Below are positions 1 through 11,482 of a DNA stretch of 60,179 bases, one piece after another; within the stretch, counting starts at the first letter, position 1; each line of letters starts with the position of its first letter. Location of the stretch: contig JAFRSF010000002.1 of assembly GCA_017427715.1 (NCBI GenBank), positions 1-60,179 of the forward strand. The letters run 5' to 3'. The notes below the pieces were generated by a model. That model did not search any database. It was given only the letters and a program-made list of their open reading frames with translations, and was not told the origin of the DNA. The position numbers and the translations under genes were made by a program. The DNA comes from Alphaproteobacteria bacterium. GTDB taxonomy: Bacteria > Pseudomonadota > Alphaproteobacteria > Rs-D84.

Positions 1-16
1 CACACACACACACACA
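1..16 (+). repeat. (CA)8 microsatellite, truncated by the window edge, in a signal-peptide coding region
   Basis: Read directly. Positions 7-30 are identical to 48110-48133. Confidence 0.9.
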
Positions 17-530
17 ACTAAGGCGTTGCTTAGCATTTTTATTGTTCGTTATAATTCCATATAATTCTTTTGCACTTGATGCATGTGTGCCGAATGATTC
101 TGTGGCGGTTGTATTGACACCGGCAAGTGCATCTAGTGGTCCTACAGGCGTATGGGACAATAGTACACAAACATGGAAAGTTCCTTTTTCTTATGGGACA
201 GTACACGGAATTGCTGCATGTTTAAGTAGTAATTATGGAAAGAAACAAGGCGGAATATATAAAGAAAATAGTGGGATGTTGGTTGATAATGGCACCAAAG
301 TTGTCGGTGGTGAAGCAAACGGTAATCATTGTTGGTGTAAACTGACTTATCCTGTGGTGTCTTATTGGGTTTATGACAGCAGTTATGGTTATGCGGATGC
401 TGCAGGATGTACAGGTTATGGATATGGAACACCAGAGTATGGTTATGGTTGCGCGCAACGTTGTTCTGGACATGTTGGTGGTGGGCCAAGTTATTCAGTT
501 ATGGGTACGGCTTTGTTTAATGCAATTTAA
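1..530 (+). CDS. Secreted Cys-rich protein, paralogue of the DGR target (5'-partial)
   Basis: The frame is open back to the window edge (HTHTQLRRCLAFLLFVIIPYNSFA, signal-peptide-like). It shares YGT..G..ACLSS, G.LVDN...V.GGE.NG.HCWCK.T.PV.S.W and terminal ALF with 49548..50030. Confidence 0.8.
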   Translation, partial: HTHTQLRRCLAFLLFVIIPYNSFALDACVPNDSVAVVLTPASASSGPTGVWDNSTQTWKVPFSYGTVHGIAACLSSNYGKKQGGIYKENSGMLVDNGTKVVGGEANGNHCWCKLTYPVVSYWVYDSSYGYADAAGCTGYGYGTPEYGYGCAQRCSGHVGGGPSYSVMGTALFNAI

Positions 531-533
531 TAA

Positions 534-2555
<2,022 letters not shown>

Positions 2556-2569
2556 TCGTGGGGGCGATT

Positions 2570-4330
2570 ATGCGGAAAGATGATAAACACAAAGACAGCA
2601 AAAAAATCAAGCGGTCCTTTAAATCGTGTTTGTTGTCCTTTGTGTTCAATGTTGGGTTGATTGGTTTGGCTTTGGTTGGTCTGTATGTGTTATTTGTGTT
2701 TTTACAAATGCCATCGTTAGATTCTATTTTACATGAAACACGCGAACCAGCAATAATTTTTCTTGATAAAAATGGGACGGAAATTCGTTCAAGTGGGCGA
2801 ATAATGGGTGTACCTGTATCTGTGGATACTTTACCACCACACGTATATCAGGCGATTTTGGCAATAGAAGACAGGGGATTTTATAAACACGGGGCATTGT
2901 CGTATCGTGGTACATTTCGTGCATTGTTTGTAAATCTATTTCGGGGCAAATTTGCTGCTGGTGGGTCAACTATTACTCAACAGACAGCAAAGAATATATT
3001 CTTGTCGCGTGACAAAAAGGTATCAAGAAAAGTCCAAGAATTAATATTATCTTATTGGCTGGAAAACAGATTTACAAAAAATCAGATTCTGGATTTATAT
3101 ATGAATCGAATATCTTTGGTTGGGGGATTGCGCGGCATAGATGCCGCATCTTCGCTTTTGTTCGGGCATGGCGCAAATAAAATGACTGTGGCAGAAAGCG
3201 CTCAGATAGCGGCTATGTTAAAGGCACCCACAACATACAGCCCATTAAAAAATCCAGAACGTAATATTAAACGTGCGCGTGTTGTTTTGATTGAAATGGT
3301 GAAGCAGGGCTATATAACACTTGAAACTGCGCAACGTGCCGCCAGAGAATTGAAAGTGGCTAATGTTAAAACAGATAAAAATATATATCGATATTGGACT
3401 GATTTTGTTATGGATGAAATAGAATCAAGAATTGGAAACATAAATCAAGATTTATATGTTTATACCACTATGGATATAAAATTACAGGCACGTATTGCCG
3501 CAATTTTATCTGATAAAATTGGTGAATATCAGGGTGCAATAGTATCAATTTCTCGTGATGGTGCTATCCAGGCAATGGTTGGTGGGGATGATTATCAAGT
3601 CAGTCAATTTAATCGTGTGTTGGCTTTACGTCAGCCAGGTTCTACATTTAAACCAGTGGTCTATTTGGTTGCATTGGAACATGGTATGACCCCGGAATCC
3701 TATGTTAATGATTCTCCATTTGCAATTGGTGATTATAACCCCAAAAATTATAATGATAAATATTATGGTGATATAACACTGGCAAATGCTTTTGCACGAA
3801 GTGTTAATTCTGTGCCACTAAAATTGACAAAACAATATGGTATAGATTCTGTGTTAAATATGGCAGCGCGTCTGGGGGTTGGGAATAAACTGAAACGTGA
3901 ATATTCGACAGTTTTGGGTGCTTCAGAAATGAATTTACTGGATTTGACCACGATTTATTCAGTAATTTGGAATGATGGACAATCGGTCAGGCCATATTCT
4001 ATTACAAAAATAAAAAATGCCCAGGGTGATATAATTTACGACCGAAATCCATCTGAAGAAATCCAGATTTTATCTGATACAACTGTGGAATATATGAAAC
4101 AATTATTGTACGATGTTGTTGTAAACGGAACAGGAAAACGTGCATACGCTAAAAATGTATTTGGCGGTAAAACTGGAACCAGCAATAATAACAGGGATGC
4201 TTGGTTTGTTGGGGCAACGCCCGATTATGTAATGGGTGTATGGGTTGGTAAAGACGATTTTACCCCGATGTCTTCAAAGATAACAGGTGGCACATTACCA
4301 GCCACAATTTTCCACGATATTGTGAAATAA
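2570..4330 (+). CDS. Class A penicillin-binding protein (transglycosylase/transpeptidase)
   Basis: N-terminal TM helix, AIEDRGFYKH and GGSTITQQTAKN transglycosylase motifs, STFK, SVN and KTG transpeptidase motifs. Confidence 0.93.
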   Translation: MRKDDKHKDSKKIKRSFKSCLLSFVFNVGLIGLALVGLYVLFVFLQMPSLDSILHETREPAIIFLDKNGTEIRSSGRIMGVPVSVDTLPPHVYQAILAIEDRGFYKHGALSYRGTFRALFVNLFRGKFAAGGSTITQQTAKNIFLSRDKKVSRKVQELILSYWLENRFTKNQILDLYMNRISLVGGLRGIDAASSLLFGHGANKMTVAESAQIAAMLKAPTTYSPLKNPERNIKRARVVLIEMVKQGYITLETAQRAARELKVANVKTDKNIYRYWTDFVMDEIESRIGNINQDLYVYTTMDIKLQARIAAILSDKIGEYQGAIVSISRDGAIQAMVGGDDYQVSQFNRVLALRQPGSTFKPVVYLVALEHGMTPESYVNDSPFAIGDYNPKNYNDKYYGDITLANAFARSVNSVPLKLTKQYGIDSVLNMAARLGVGNKLKREYSTVLGASEMNLLDLTTIYSVIWNDGQSVRPYSITKIKNAQGDIIYDRNPSEEIQILSDTTVEYMKQLLYDVVVNGTGKRAYAKNVFGGKTGTSNNNRDAWFVGATPDYVMGVWVGKDDFTPMSSKITGGTLPATIFHDIVK

Positions 4331-4351
4331 TTAGAATGGCGGAAAAAATAC

Positions 4352-4380
4352 TTGACAAAAAAATCTCGATATTATATGAT
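4352..4380 (+). promoter_or_regulatory. Sigma70-type promoter upstream of the ABC transporter
   Basis: TTGACA-17 nt-TATGAT. Confidence 0.55.
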
Positions 4381-4520
4381 TCCCAACATCAACTTCAATG
4401 GGAGTAATTTCCAATGAACATGTTTGCGTTTAGTTTTTAAAACATTTTAACCACTTCAATCTATCAATTGACGGATTGTTGAAACAACTTTTATATAAAT
4501 AAATATAAAAAGGATTAAAA

Positions 4521-6311
4521 ATGAGTTTAAAAATTAAAAAACCAGCTAATACGTTGGCTCTGCCGTCGTCGCTGTGGCAGTTTTATAGACAATATTTTCT
4601 AAAACCTTTCGGGTGGGTTTTGTTTTTGTTTGCACTGGCATGTTTATTGGATCATAGCAGTGGTATTGTTTGGCCATGGATGCAAAGATTAATAGTTGGT
4701 ATGTTTGAAAAAACAGTACCAGCGGGTATGACTTTGTTGGAATATTCAATGCCGACCATTTGGTTAGTGCTGTTTTTGAATATGTTTATGTCAACAATGG
4801 CGATGCTTGACAATGCAATGTGGTTTGATAATGAACCAAAACTTAGACGAAAAATTTCAGAAGTATTAACTAACTATGTTCATAAGCAATCTATGTCTTT
4901 CTGGACCAGTAAAATGTCTGGTTCTATTAATACAAAAATTAATTACGTTACTGACGGCGTGATGATTTTTAATATGTTTATAAACATTCTTGGCAGAATA
5001 ATGGTTGCACTTGTTAATGCAGGAATGTTATTTGCTTTGAACAAATATGTAGCATATATATTTTCTGGTGCTTTCGTTTTCCGTGTAATTTATATGTGTT
5101 TGTTAAGAAAACCTATTAAACAATCAAGCGAAGATGCATCTGAAGCGATGAGTTTTTTGAATGGTAAACTGGTGGACAGTTTTTCTAACTATGCCATTGT
5201 TAAATATTTTGCAGGTGCAAAAAAAGAAGAACAATCGCTGAAAGAACCAAGAACAAAGGCGGTAAAAACAAGGGTTTATGCACGTCGTATGCAAAGATTG
5301 TCTTGGGCAATACCAAATTATCTTTGGGATATATTGTTGGCAACAACAATTGTTTTGTGTGTAGTATTTTATCAACGTGGTCAAATGCAGATTAAAGATA
5401 TTGTTTACAGTATCTTTGTATATTTTTCTGTTATGGGTGCAATAAGTGGTATTATAAACATGATACCGGAACTTATCAGCAAAATTGCAGATGCCAAGAA
5501 AGCATATAAAGATTTAGTTGTGCCTATTGCAGTTGTTGATAAACCAAATGCACCGGATTTGGTGGTTAAACATGGTATGATTGAATTTAAACATGTTGCG
5601 TTTGGATATCGTAATCGTCCTGTGCTAAATGATTTGTTTCTGCGCATCAAACCAGGGGAACGAGTCGGTATTGTTGGACCAAGTGGTGCGGGTAAATCAA
5701 CACTCGTTCATTTGCTGATGCGGTTTTATGAACCAAAGCGCGGGCAAATCTTGATTGATGGTCAAGATATTAGCGATGTTACACAAGATTCGCTGCGTTC
5801 AAATATTGCGTTTATTCCGCAAGATCCATCCATGTTTAACCGGACAATTGGTGAAAACATTGGTTATGGTAAGTTTGGTGCGACCAAAGCAGAAATACGT
5901 AAAGCGGCGAAAAACGCATCTGCAGATGAGTTTATCATGGCAACGGAAAAGAAATATAATTCTTTGGTTGGTGATAAAGGCATAAAATTGTCTGGTGGTC
6001 AAAGACAGCGTATCGCAATTGCAAGGGCTTTTCTGAAAGATGCGCCAATATTGGTATTGGATGAAGCAACATCTGCGCTGGACAGTGAAACAGAAGTGGC
6101 AATCCAAGAATCATTTGAAAAATTGTCCAAAGGTCGTACAACAATCGCAATTGCGCACCGTTTATCTACATTACGTAACATGGACAGAATTATAGTGCTG
6201 GACAAAGGTGAAATCGTAGAGCAGGGAACCCATCAGCAGTTATTGCGCAAGAAAGGTAAATATTACCAACTGTGGCAAATGCAAAGTGGCGGATTTTTGA
6301 ATGAAAAATAA
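4521..6311 (+). CDS. ABC exporter, fused permease and ATPase (MsbA/MdlB-like)
   Basis: About 6 TM segments, then GPSGAGKS Walker A, LSGGQRQR signature, ILVLDEATSALD Walker B, AHRLST H-loop. Confidence 0.93.
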   Translation: MSLKIKKPANTLALPSSLWQFYRQYFLKPFGWVLFLFALACLLDHSSGIVWPWMQRLIVGMFEKTVPAGMTLLEYSMPTIWLVLFLNMFMSTMAMLDNAMWFDNEPKLRRKISEVLTNYVHKQSMSFWTSKMSGSINTKINYVTDGVMIFNMFINILGRIMVALVNAGMLFALNKYVAYIFSGAFVFRVIYMCLLRKPIKQSSEDASEAMSFLNGKLVDSFSNYAIVKYFAGAKKEEQSLKEPRTKAVKTRVYARRMQRLSWAIPNYLWDILLATTIVLCVVFYQRGQMQIKDIVYSIFVYFSVMGAISGIINMIPELISKIADAKKAYKDLVVPIAVVDKPNAPDLVVKHGMIEFKHVAFGYRNRPVLNDLFLRIKPGERVGIVGPSGAGKSTLVHLLMRFYEPKRGQILIDGQDISDVTQDSLRSNIAFIPQDPSMFNRTIGENIGYGKFGATKAEIRKAAKNASADEFIMATEKKYNSLVGDKGIKLSGGQRQRIAIARAFLKDAPILVLDEATSALDSETEVAIQESFEKLSKGRTTIAIAHRLSTLRNMDRIIVLDKGEIVEQGTHQQLLRKKGKYYQLWQMQSGGFLNEK

Positions 6312-6340
6312 AAAATACCCACGTTTGTGGGTGTTTTTTT
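6311..6340. terminator. Bidirectional intrinsic terminator
   Basis: AAAAATACCCAC-GTTT-GTGGGTGTTTTTTT between convergent genes. Confidence 0.7.
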
Positions 6341-6352
6341 GTTATACAAATG

Positions 6353-6634
6353 CTATCTACCACGGCCACGCATTTCGTCCAACCTTTCAATGATACGTTC
6401 TTTCAAGCGTTCAAATTTGCTACGATTGAATAAATTTGGTTCATACGCCTTTACCTGTTCTAATAAATCAAGCATCATTAAATTATTCGCGGTTAACGTT
6501 TGTATAGCAACATTTTGTCCCTGAATCGTACGATCTTTGGAACGTAACATGCCTTCGATAATCGCCAATTTTTGTATCAGTTCTTCCCTGCTTAAATCTT
6601 CATTTTTCATATCAATCAATTTTGGTATCATCAT
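6353..6634 (-). CDS. Hypothetical coiled-coil protein
   Basis: ORF with AAAGG upstream of ATG 6634, helical composition, basic C-terminus RGRGR. Confidence 0.6.
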   Translation of the reverse strand: MMIPKLIDMKNEDLSREELIQKLAIIEGMLRSKDRTIQGQNVAIQTLTANNLMMLDLLEQVKAYEPNLFNRSKFERLKERIIERLDEMRGRGR

Positions 6635-6773
6635 ACACACCTTTGTTTTATACAAAACCAAAATAGCAGTTTTTTCAACGATTTCAAGATTTTTTTATAA
6701 ACATATTTATTTAGTTTGCTTTTTTATTTTGGGATTGCTATGCTGATGGCACGATGGATTAAGAAAAAAAATC

Positions 6774-7787
6774 ATGTCAGTGAAAGCAAAACGTTTATTA
6801 AAAAAACTTATTAGGTATGCAGGTCTGTTTTTCTTTGTTCTGGCGGCAGGCATGCTGTATTGGCAATTACGTCATTATTCTTTGCGTGATATTGCACATG
6901 CATTGTTAAATATTCCTATGCATAATTTGATTTTTGCGTGTATTTCTTGCTTTGTTGGGTATTTGGCATTGTCTTTGTATGATTATCTGGCGCTGGATTA
7001 TGTTGAACGCAAGGTTTCTTGGTGGAAATGGATGTTGGCCGGAATGTTGGGCTTTGCAATCAGCAATAATGCAGGAAATGCATTGGTCAGTGGTGGTGCG
7101 ATTCGGTATCGTTTGTATACACGGTGGCGTGTTCCGGGCGGCGACATTATCAAAATGTTAACTTTTTCAGGTATAACATATTTCTTGGGTGCGGCGGCGA
7201 TTGCAATTATTGGTTATTTCTTGGTTCCACATGAAATGTTTGCGAATTCTGTTGGTATAAATGGTCTGTTTGCAACCTGTGTAGTTTTGGTGTTGTTATA
7301 TTTTGGATTGACTGTATTTTTCAGAAATAAAAGTTTAAAAATTGGTCAGATTTTATTCAAAGTACCAACAACCAAGACAGCAATTATTCAGATGATATTG
7401 GGAATTGCGGATTCTGTGTGTGCCGGTTTGGTGTTGTATTTTTGTATTCGTACATACATAGATATGCCGTTTGCTGTGTTTATCGGATTGTATGTAATTG
7501 CTATGGTTGCGGGTGTTTTTAGTCAGGTTCCAGGTGGTATCGGGGTTTTTGAATCTATATTTATGGTCGTTCTGCCTGATGATGTCGACAAAGCCAGCAT
7601 TTTTGGCGCATTATTGGCATACAGAATTATATACTATCTGTTGCCTTTGATTGGGGCGGGTGGTTTATTCTTTGTATATGAACGTTGGTTGCGTGCGCGT
7701 ATGAAACGTTGGCTGGCTGAGGCAAAACAAAAATTACCAAATCTTGCATTTCCGCATAAAAAACATAAATTACAAGACAACGAATAA
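6774..7787 (+). CDS. Lysylphosphatidylglycerol synthase TM-domain (YbhN/MprF flippase-like) membrane protein
   Basis: Polytopic, with YDYLAL, SGGAIRYRLY, SQVPGGIGVFE and ALLAYRIIYYLLP motifs. No synthase domain. Confidence 0.8.
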   Translation: MSVKAKRLLKKLIRYAGLFFFVLAAGMLYWQLRHYSLRDIAHALLNIPMHNLIFACISCFVGYLALSLYDYLALDYVERKVSWWKWMLAGMLGFAISNNAGNALVSGGAIRYRLYTRWRVPGGDIIKMLTFSGITYFLGAAAIAIIGYFLVPHEMFANSVGINGLFATCVVLVLLYFGLTVFFRNKSLKIGQILFKVPTTKTAIIQMILGIADSVCAGLVLYFCIRTYIDMPFAVFIGLYVIAMVAGVFSQVPGGIGVFESIFMVVLPDDVDKASIFGALLAYRIIYYLLPLIGAGGLFFVYERWLRARMKRWLAEAKQKLPNLAFPHKKHKLQDNE

Positions 7788-7995
7788 AAACACCTTGCCT
7801 TTGGCTATATCGTCTGCTATCCTGTTATTTGCTGTATAAAATGGGGTGAATAGTTGATATTTTTATTCTCACTGTTTTCAATGATACGAATTGTGCTTTT
7901 GGTTATCGCGGCATATTTCCTTGGCATGGGCTGGACGGCCCCATGGGAACGTATTATGTCCATTTCATACGCCGATAAAATAAAAGGATTATTAA

Positions 7996-9795
7996 ATGTC
8001 AAAAAAGATATATGTGGATGGTGTTCATCCAGAAGAAACGCGGGTAGTGGTGGTCGATACTGCTACGAATCGTGTGTCTGATTTTGACGTAGAAACAACG
8101 ACCAAGCCACAGATAAAAGGGAATATTTATCTGGCAAAGGTTATACGTGTTGAACCGTCGCTTCAGGCAGCGTTCGTAGATTATGGAACAGGTAAAAATG
8201 GTTTTTTACCGTTTTCTGAAATCCATCCTGATTATTATCAGGTCACACCTGAACAAAAGAAAAAATTGATTGAATTGGCTCATGCGAACATCGTTGATGA
8301 CGATGATGACCCAAATGACGAAGAAGACGAAATCGCAGAATATGATGATCACAGTGCTGGCGAAGATAACAAAGAGTTTTTGAAACGTGCAAACGAATTC
8401 AAAATCCAAGATGTTATAAAACCAAAGCAGATTTTATTGGTCCAGGGTGTCAAAGAAGAACGCGGACAAAAAGGCGCATCAATGACAACATATTTGTCAT
8501 TGGCGGGTCGTTTTGCTGTGTTGATGCCTAATTCCAGAAAACGTAACAGTTATGGTGTATCCAAGAAAATATCTGACAAAGCGGAACGCGCCAGATTACG
8601 TGAAATATTACATTCTTTGAAAATACCAAAGGGTATGACTGTGGTTTTACGTACTGCCGCCCAAGATGCTGGTTCAGACGAAATCACCAAAGATTATGAA
8701 TATCTGACGTCTTTGTGGAATGAAATACGTAAAACAACATTGGAATCTATCGCGCCCGTGACAATTCACACAGAAGATTCTTTGTTGCGCCGTGTCGTTC
8801 GTGATTTTATATCTGACAAAGAAGATATTATGTATGTTCAGGGCGAAGAAGCATTTAACGAAGCCAAATCTTATTTTCAGCAAATGTATGGTCGCGCACC
8901 ACGCAGACAGTTGGTTCAATACAAAGATGCGGCTGTACCATTAATGACCAAGGCCGGAATTGAAAAACAATTGGAAGGCCTGCACGGTCCATACGTGACA
9001 TTGCCGTCTGGTGGATCTATTGTTATCAATCAGACAGAAGCAATGGTCACAATTGATGTTAATTCTTCACGCGCAATCAAAGAGAAAGATATTGAACAAA
9101 CCGCATTAAATACCAATTTGGAAGCAGCCGAAGAAATCGCATTACAATTAAGATTGCGTGATTTGGCTGGTATTGTTGCAATTGATTTCATTGACATGGA
9201 AGATGAAAAGAACAATCGCAAATTGGAACAAAAAATGCGGGAAATTATGAAGCACGACAGGGCGCGCACCCAGGTTGCAAAAATCAATGCATTTGGTGTA
9301 TTAATGTTGTCACGTCAAAGATTGCGCAGCAGTTTTATTGAATCTTCGTATGTCACATGTCCACATTGTATGGGGGCGGGTGTTGTACCAAGCATTCAAA
9401 CTGCATCAATTATATTGTTCCGTCACTTACAAGAAAAATTGTTGGCAAAGGCGGCACAGAAAATTATTATGACCGTGCCAAGTGATGTCGCGATTTACTT
9501 GTTGAATCAAAAACGCGCTGAATTGGCATCTATGGAAAAAGAATTTGAAACTGAAATAGTCATTGTTGGCGATGACAGTTTGATGAACATAGACCAATAT
9601 TCTATCCAGCGTGTGGCGGCAGAAAACGTCAAAACAGACGATGTTTTAACTGCCCACGAACCATCAACTGATGCAAAAAAGAAAAGTGCAGAACATACAG
9701 AGGCAAAACGCATAACAACAACTGCACCGCGTCATCGTAAACCAATCAACAAAGCACAAAAGAAAAAATCTTTGTGGAAAAAATTGGTTGGATAA
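7996..9795 (+). CDS. rne: Ribonuclease E/G
   Basis: KGNIYLAKVIRVEPSLQAAFVDYG S1 domain, IDVNS, LRLRDLAG..AIDFIDM, CPHCMG Zn-link. Confidence 0.92.
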   Translation: MSKKIYVDGVHPEETRVVVVDTATNRVSDFDVETTTKPQIKGNIYLAKVIRVEPSLQAAFVDYGTGKNGFLPFSEIHPDYYQVTPEQKKKLIELAHANIVDDDDDPNDEEDEIAEYDDHSAGEDNKEFLKRANEFKIQDVIKPKQILLVQGVKEERGQKGASMTTYLSLAGRFAVLMPNSRKRNSYGVSKKISDKAERARLREILHSLKIPKGMTVVLRTAAQDAGSDEITKDYEYLTSLWNEIRKTTLESIAPVTIHTEDSLLRRVVRDFISDKEDIMYVQGEEAFNEAKSYFQQMYGRAPRRQLVQYKDAAVPLMTKAGIEKQLEGLHGPYVTLPSGGSIVINQTEAMVTIDVNSSRAIKEKDIEQTALNTNLEAAEEIALQLRLRDLAGIVAIDFIDMEDEKNNRKLEQKMREIMKHDRARTQVAKINAFGVLMLSRQRLRSSFIESSYVTCPHCMGAGVVPSIQTASIILFRHLQEKLLAKAAQKIIMTVPSDVAIYLLNQKRAELASMEKEFETEIVIVGDDSLMNIDQYSIQRVAAENVKTDDVLTAHEPSTDAKKKSAEHTEAKRITTTAPRHRKPINKAQKKKSLWKKLVG

Positions 9796-9811
9796 AATAA
9801 AATAAAAATAT

Positions 9812-9870
9812 AAAACACCGTCAACACTTGTTATACGAATTTTTAACAAAGTGTAATTGACGGTGTTTTT
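9812..9870 (+). terminator. Hairpin/terminator after rne
   Basis: AAAACACCGTCAA ... TTGACGGTGTTTT inverted repeat followed by a T-run. Confidence 0.6.
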
Positions 9871-9931
9871 TGCTTGTAATGTAGATTGACAATAGGGTAT
9901 AATTAAACAAGGACAAGGGTGGGGATATAAT

Positions 9932-11035
9932 ATGCAAAAATATAAATATATCAAAGTATTATTAAGTTGTTTGTGCATAATTATGCCGGGGCTGGTTTCG
10001 GCTGATATAAATACGTTGTATTTACAAGAAGGAACCGCCGTTTTAAAGGGAAGTGAATATAGTAGTAGAACGATTTGTAGTTCATATCCTTTTAAACAAA
10101 AATATATTGGTTATGTATGTAAGGGTAGCGATGGTATCAGTTTAGGTAAAACAGTGAAAGAAACAGATAAAGCAGACCAAGATTATGGTTTGACGTTTTG
10201 TACAAATGGTTTTTGGCCTAATTCGGATAGAACGAAATGTGAAATGGCTACGGATGAGAATAGTACTGTACACAATTGTGAAGCCGGTTATATGTCTTGG
10301 AAAGTCCTTAACATGGGTGATAAAGACGAATGTATTAAATGTACAGATGCAAATTTACAGAAAGCATTATCTGTATTGCCAGATGATTTGTATCCAGATA
10401 AAACTGTAACAAATTATTACTGTAATGGTGGAAAATATAGACAGCCGCATAGTGGGGACGACCGGGTACCTAGGGGTTTGTCCAAATGTATGCCTGTGAA
10501 TAATCAGATAGCATCTTATTCAAATGCAGATCATTCTGGATGTGAAGGAGTTGTTGCTTCGTCAACGTCTTCGTCGTCAGACACATCCGATGATTCTGAC
10601 ACGTCTAATACATCGTTCACAGATACTTTGGATGTTACATGTAACAAAGGCGAAGTATACTTTAATCCAATGCAAAAATGCGTACCATGTACATCAAATC
10701 CGGGATGGATAAATTATGCGCAAGAGGGCAGATATTATTGTGCTGGTGGTACATGGGCGGCTGGTACAACCATAGATAAACAAATAACAAAATGTCCGCG
10801 TGGTTCATGGCCAAATGCTAGTTTAGATGGTTGTGATTGCAGATGGGGTGAAAAAGACATTAAAAAATGTAAATTACAGAAGAAAACAGCAGCCCAATGT
10901 GAATGTAAAGATATGCAATTAAAAAAAGACGATTTGTATTATGGACCACAGGGCAGAAGTGCGCCGCTGTATAAACAATGCTGGACCAAAACAAGTGATG
11001 CTGCATACAAAGCATGTATGGGTTTTGATAATTAA
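9932..11035 (+). CDS. Secreted Cys-rich hypothetical protein
   Basis: Signal peptide, many paired cysteines, two YYC.GG modules, Ser/Asp/Thr linker. Confidence 0.75.
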   Translation: MQKYKYIKVLLSCLCIIMPGLVSADINTLYLQEGTAVLKGSEYSSRTICSSYPFKQKYIGYVCKGSDGISLGKTVKETDKADQDYGLTFCTNGFWPNSDRTKCEMATDENSTVHNCEAGYMSWKVLNMGDKDECIKCTDANLQKALSVLPDDLYPDKTVTNYYCNGGKYRQPHSGDDRVPRGLSKCMPVNNQIASYSNADHSGCEGVVASSTSSSSDTSDDSDTSNTSFTDTLDVTCNKGEVYFNPMQKCVPCTSNPGWINYAQEGRYYCAGGTWAAGTTIDKQITKCPRGSWPNASLDGCDCRWGEKDIKKCKLQKKTAAQCECKDMQLKKDDLYYGPQGRSAPLYKQCWTKTSDAAYKACMGFDN

Positions 11036-11079
11036 ATATTATAAGAATATAGCATATTCTCGAACAACCCGTGTGCAGA

Positions 11080-11175
11080 TTCCCCGCCCCGTCTTGATGT
11101 CCGCGATGCGTCCATCAATCCATCCGTCTTCACTTCGTTACGCCGTGACTTCGCCCCGCCATGGGTGGGGAATTA
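11080..11175. repeat. GC-rich REP/MITE-like intergenic element
   Basis: Ends TTCCCCGCCC ... GGGTGGGGAA. Shares TTCCCCGCCC with 26471 and CATCCGTCTT with the reverse strand near 47730. Confidence 0.45.
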
Positions 11176-11223
11176 GTGTGATTCCAGCCCAAGTACATAT
11201 TCCCCATCATTCGAATCTAGACC

Positions 11224-11256
11224 AAAAAAAACACCACCAAATCGGCGGTGTTTTTA
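11224..11256. terminator. Intrinsic terminator
   Basis: AAAAAAACACCACC-AAATC-GGCGGTGTTTTT. Confidence 0.55.
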
Positions 11257-11482
11257 TAACTGTTATGTTAATTATTTGCCACAGCTGCCAATCCATTTAG
11301 AAATAGAAATATCTTTGTGTAACAAGAAATCATATTCGCAGTTGCCAGATTTATAAGAACCTGTTCAGGCGGCCAATGTCAAAACAGCAAATAATGCTAA
11401 TAATACTTTTTTCATATTTTCTCCTTTTAGGTTTCATACCCAGGTTTCATTATGATATATTTCCCATACGTTTTCAAGTTTT

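Noticed and set aside
350-530. Remote VR in the paralogue at the window start
   Set aside because: Different length and no nucleotide match to TR beyond the first few codons.
7795-7995. Riboswitch or sRNA upstream of rne
   Set aside because: A long leader after a TTGCCT-17-TATCCT promoter is expected for rne, and I recognised no riboswitch consensus.
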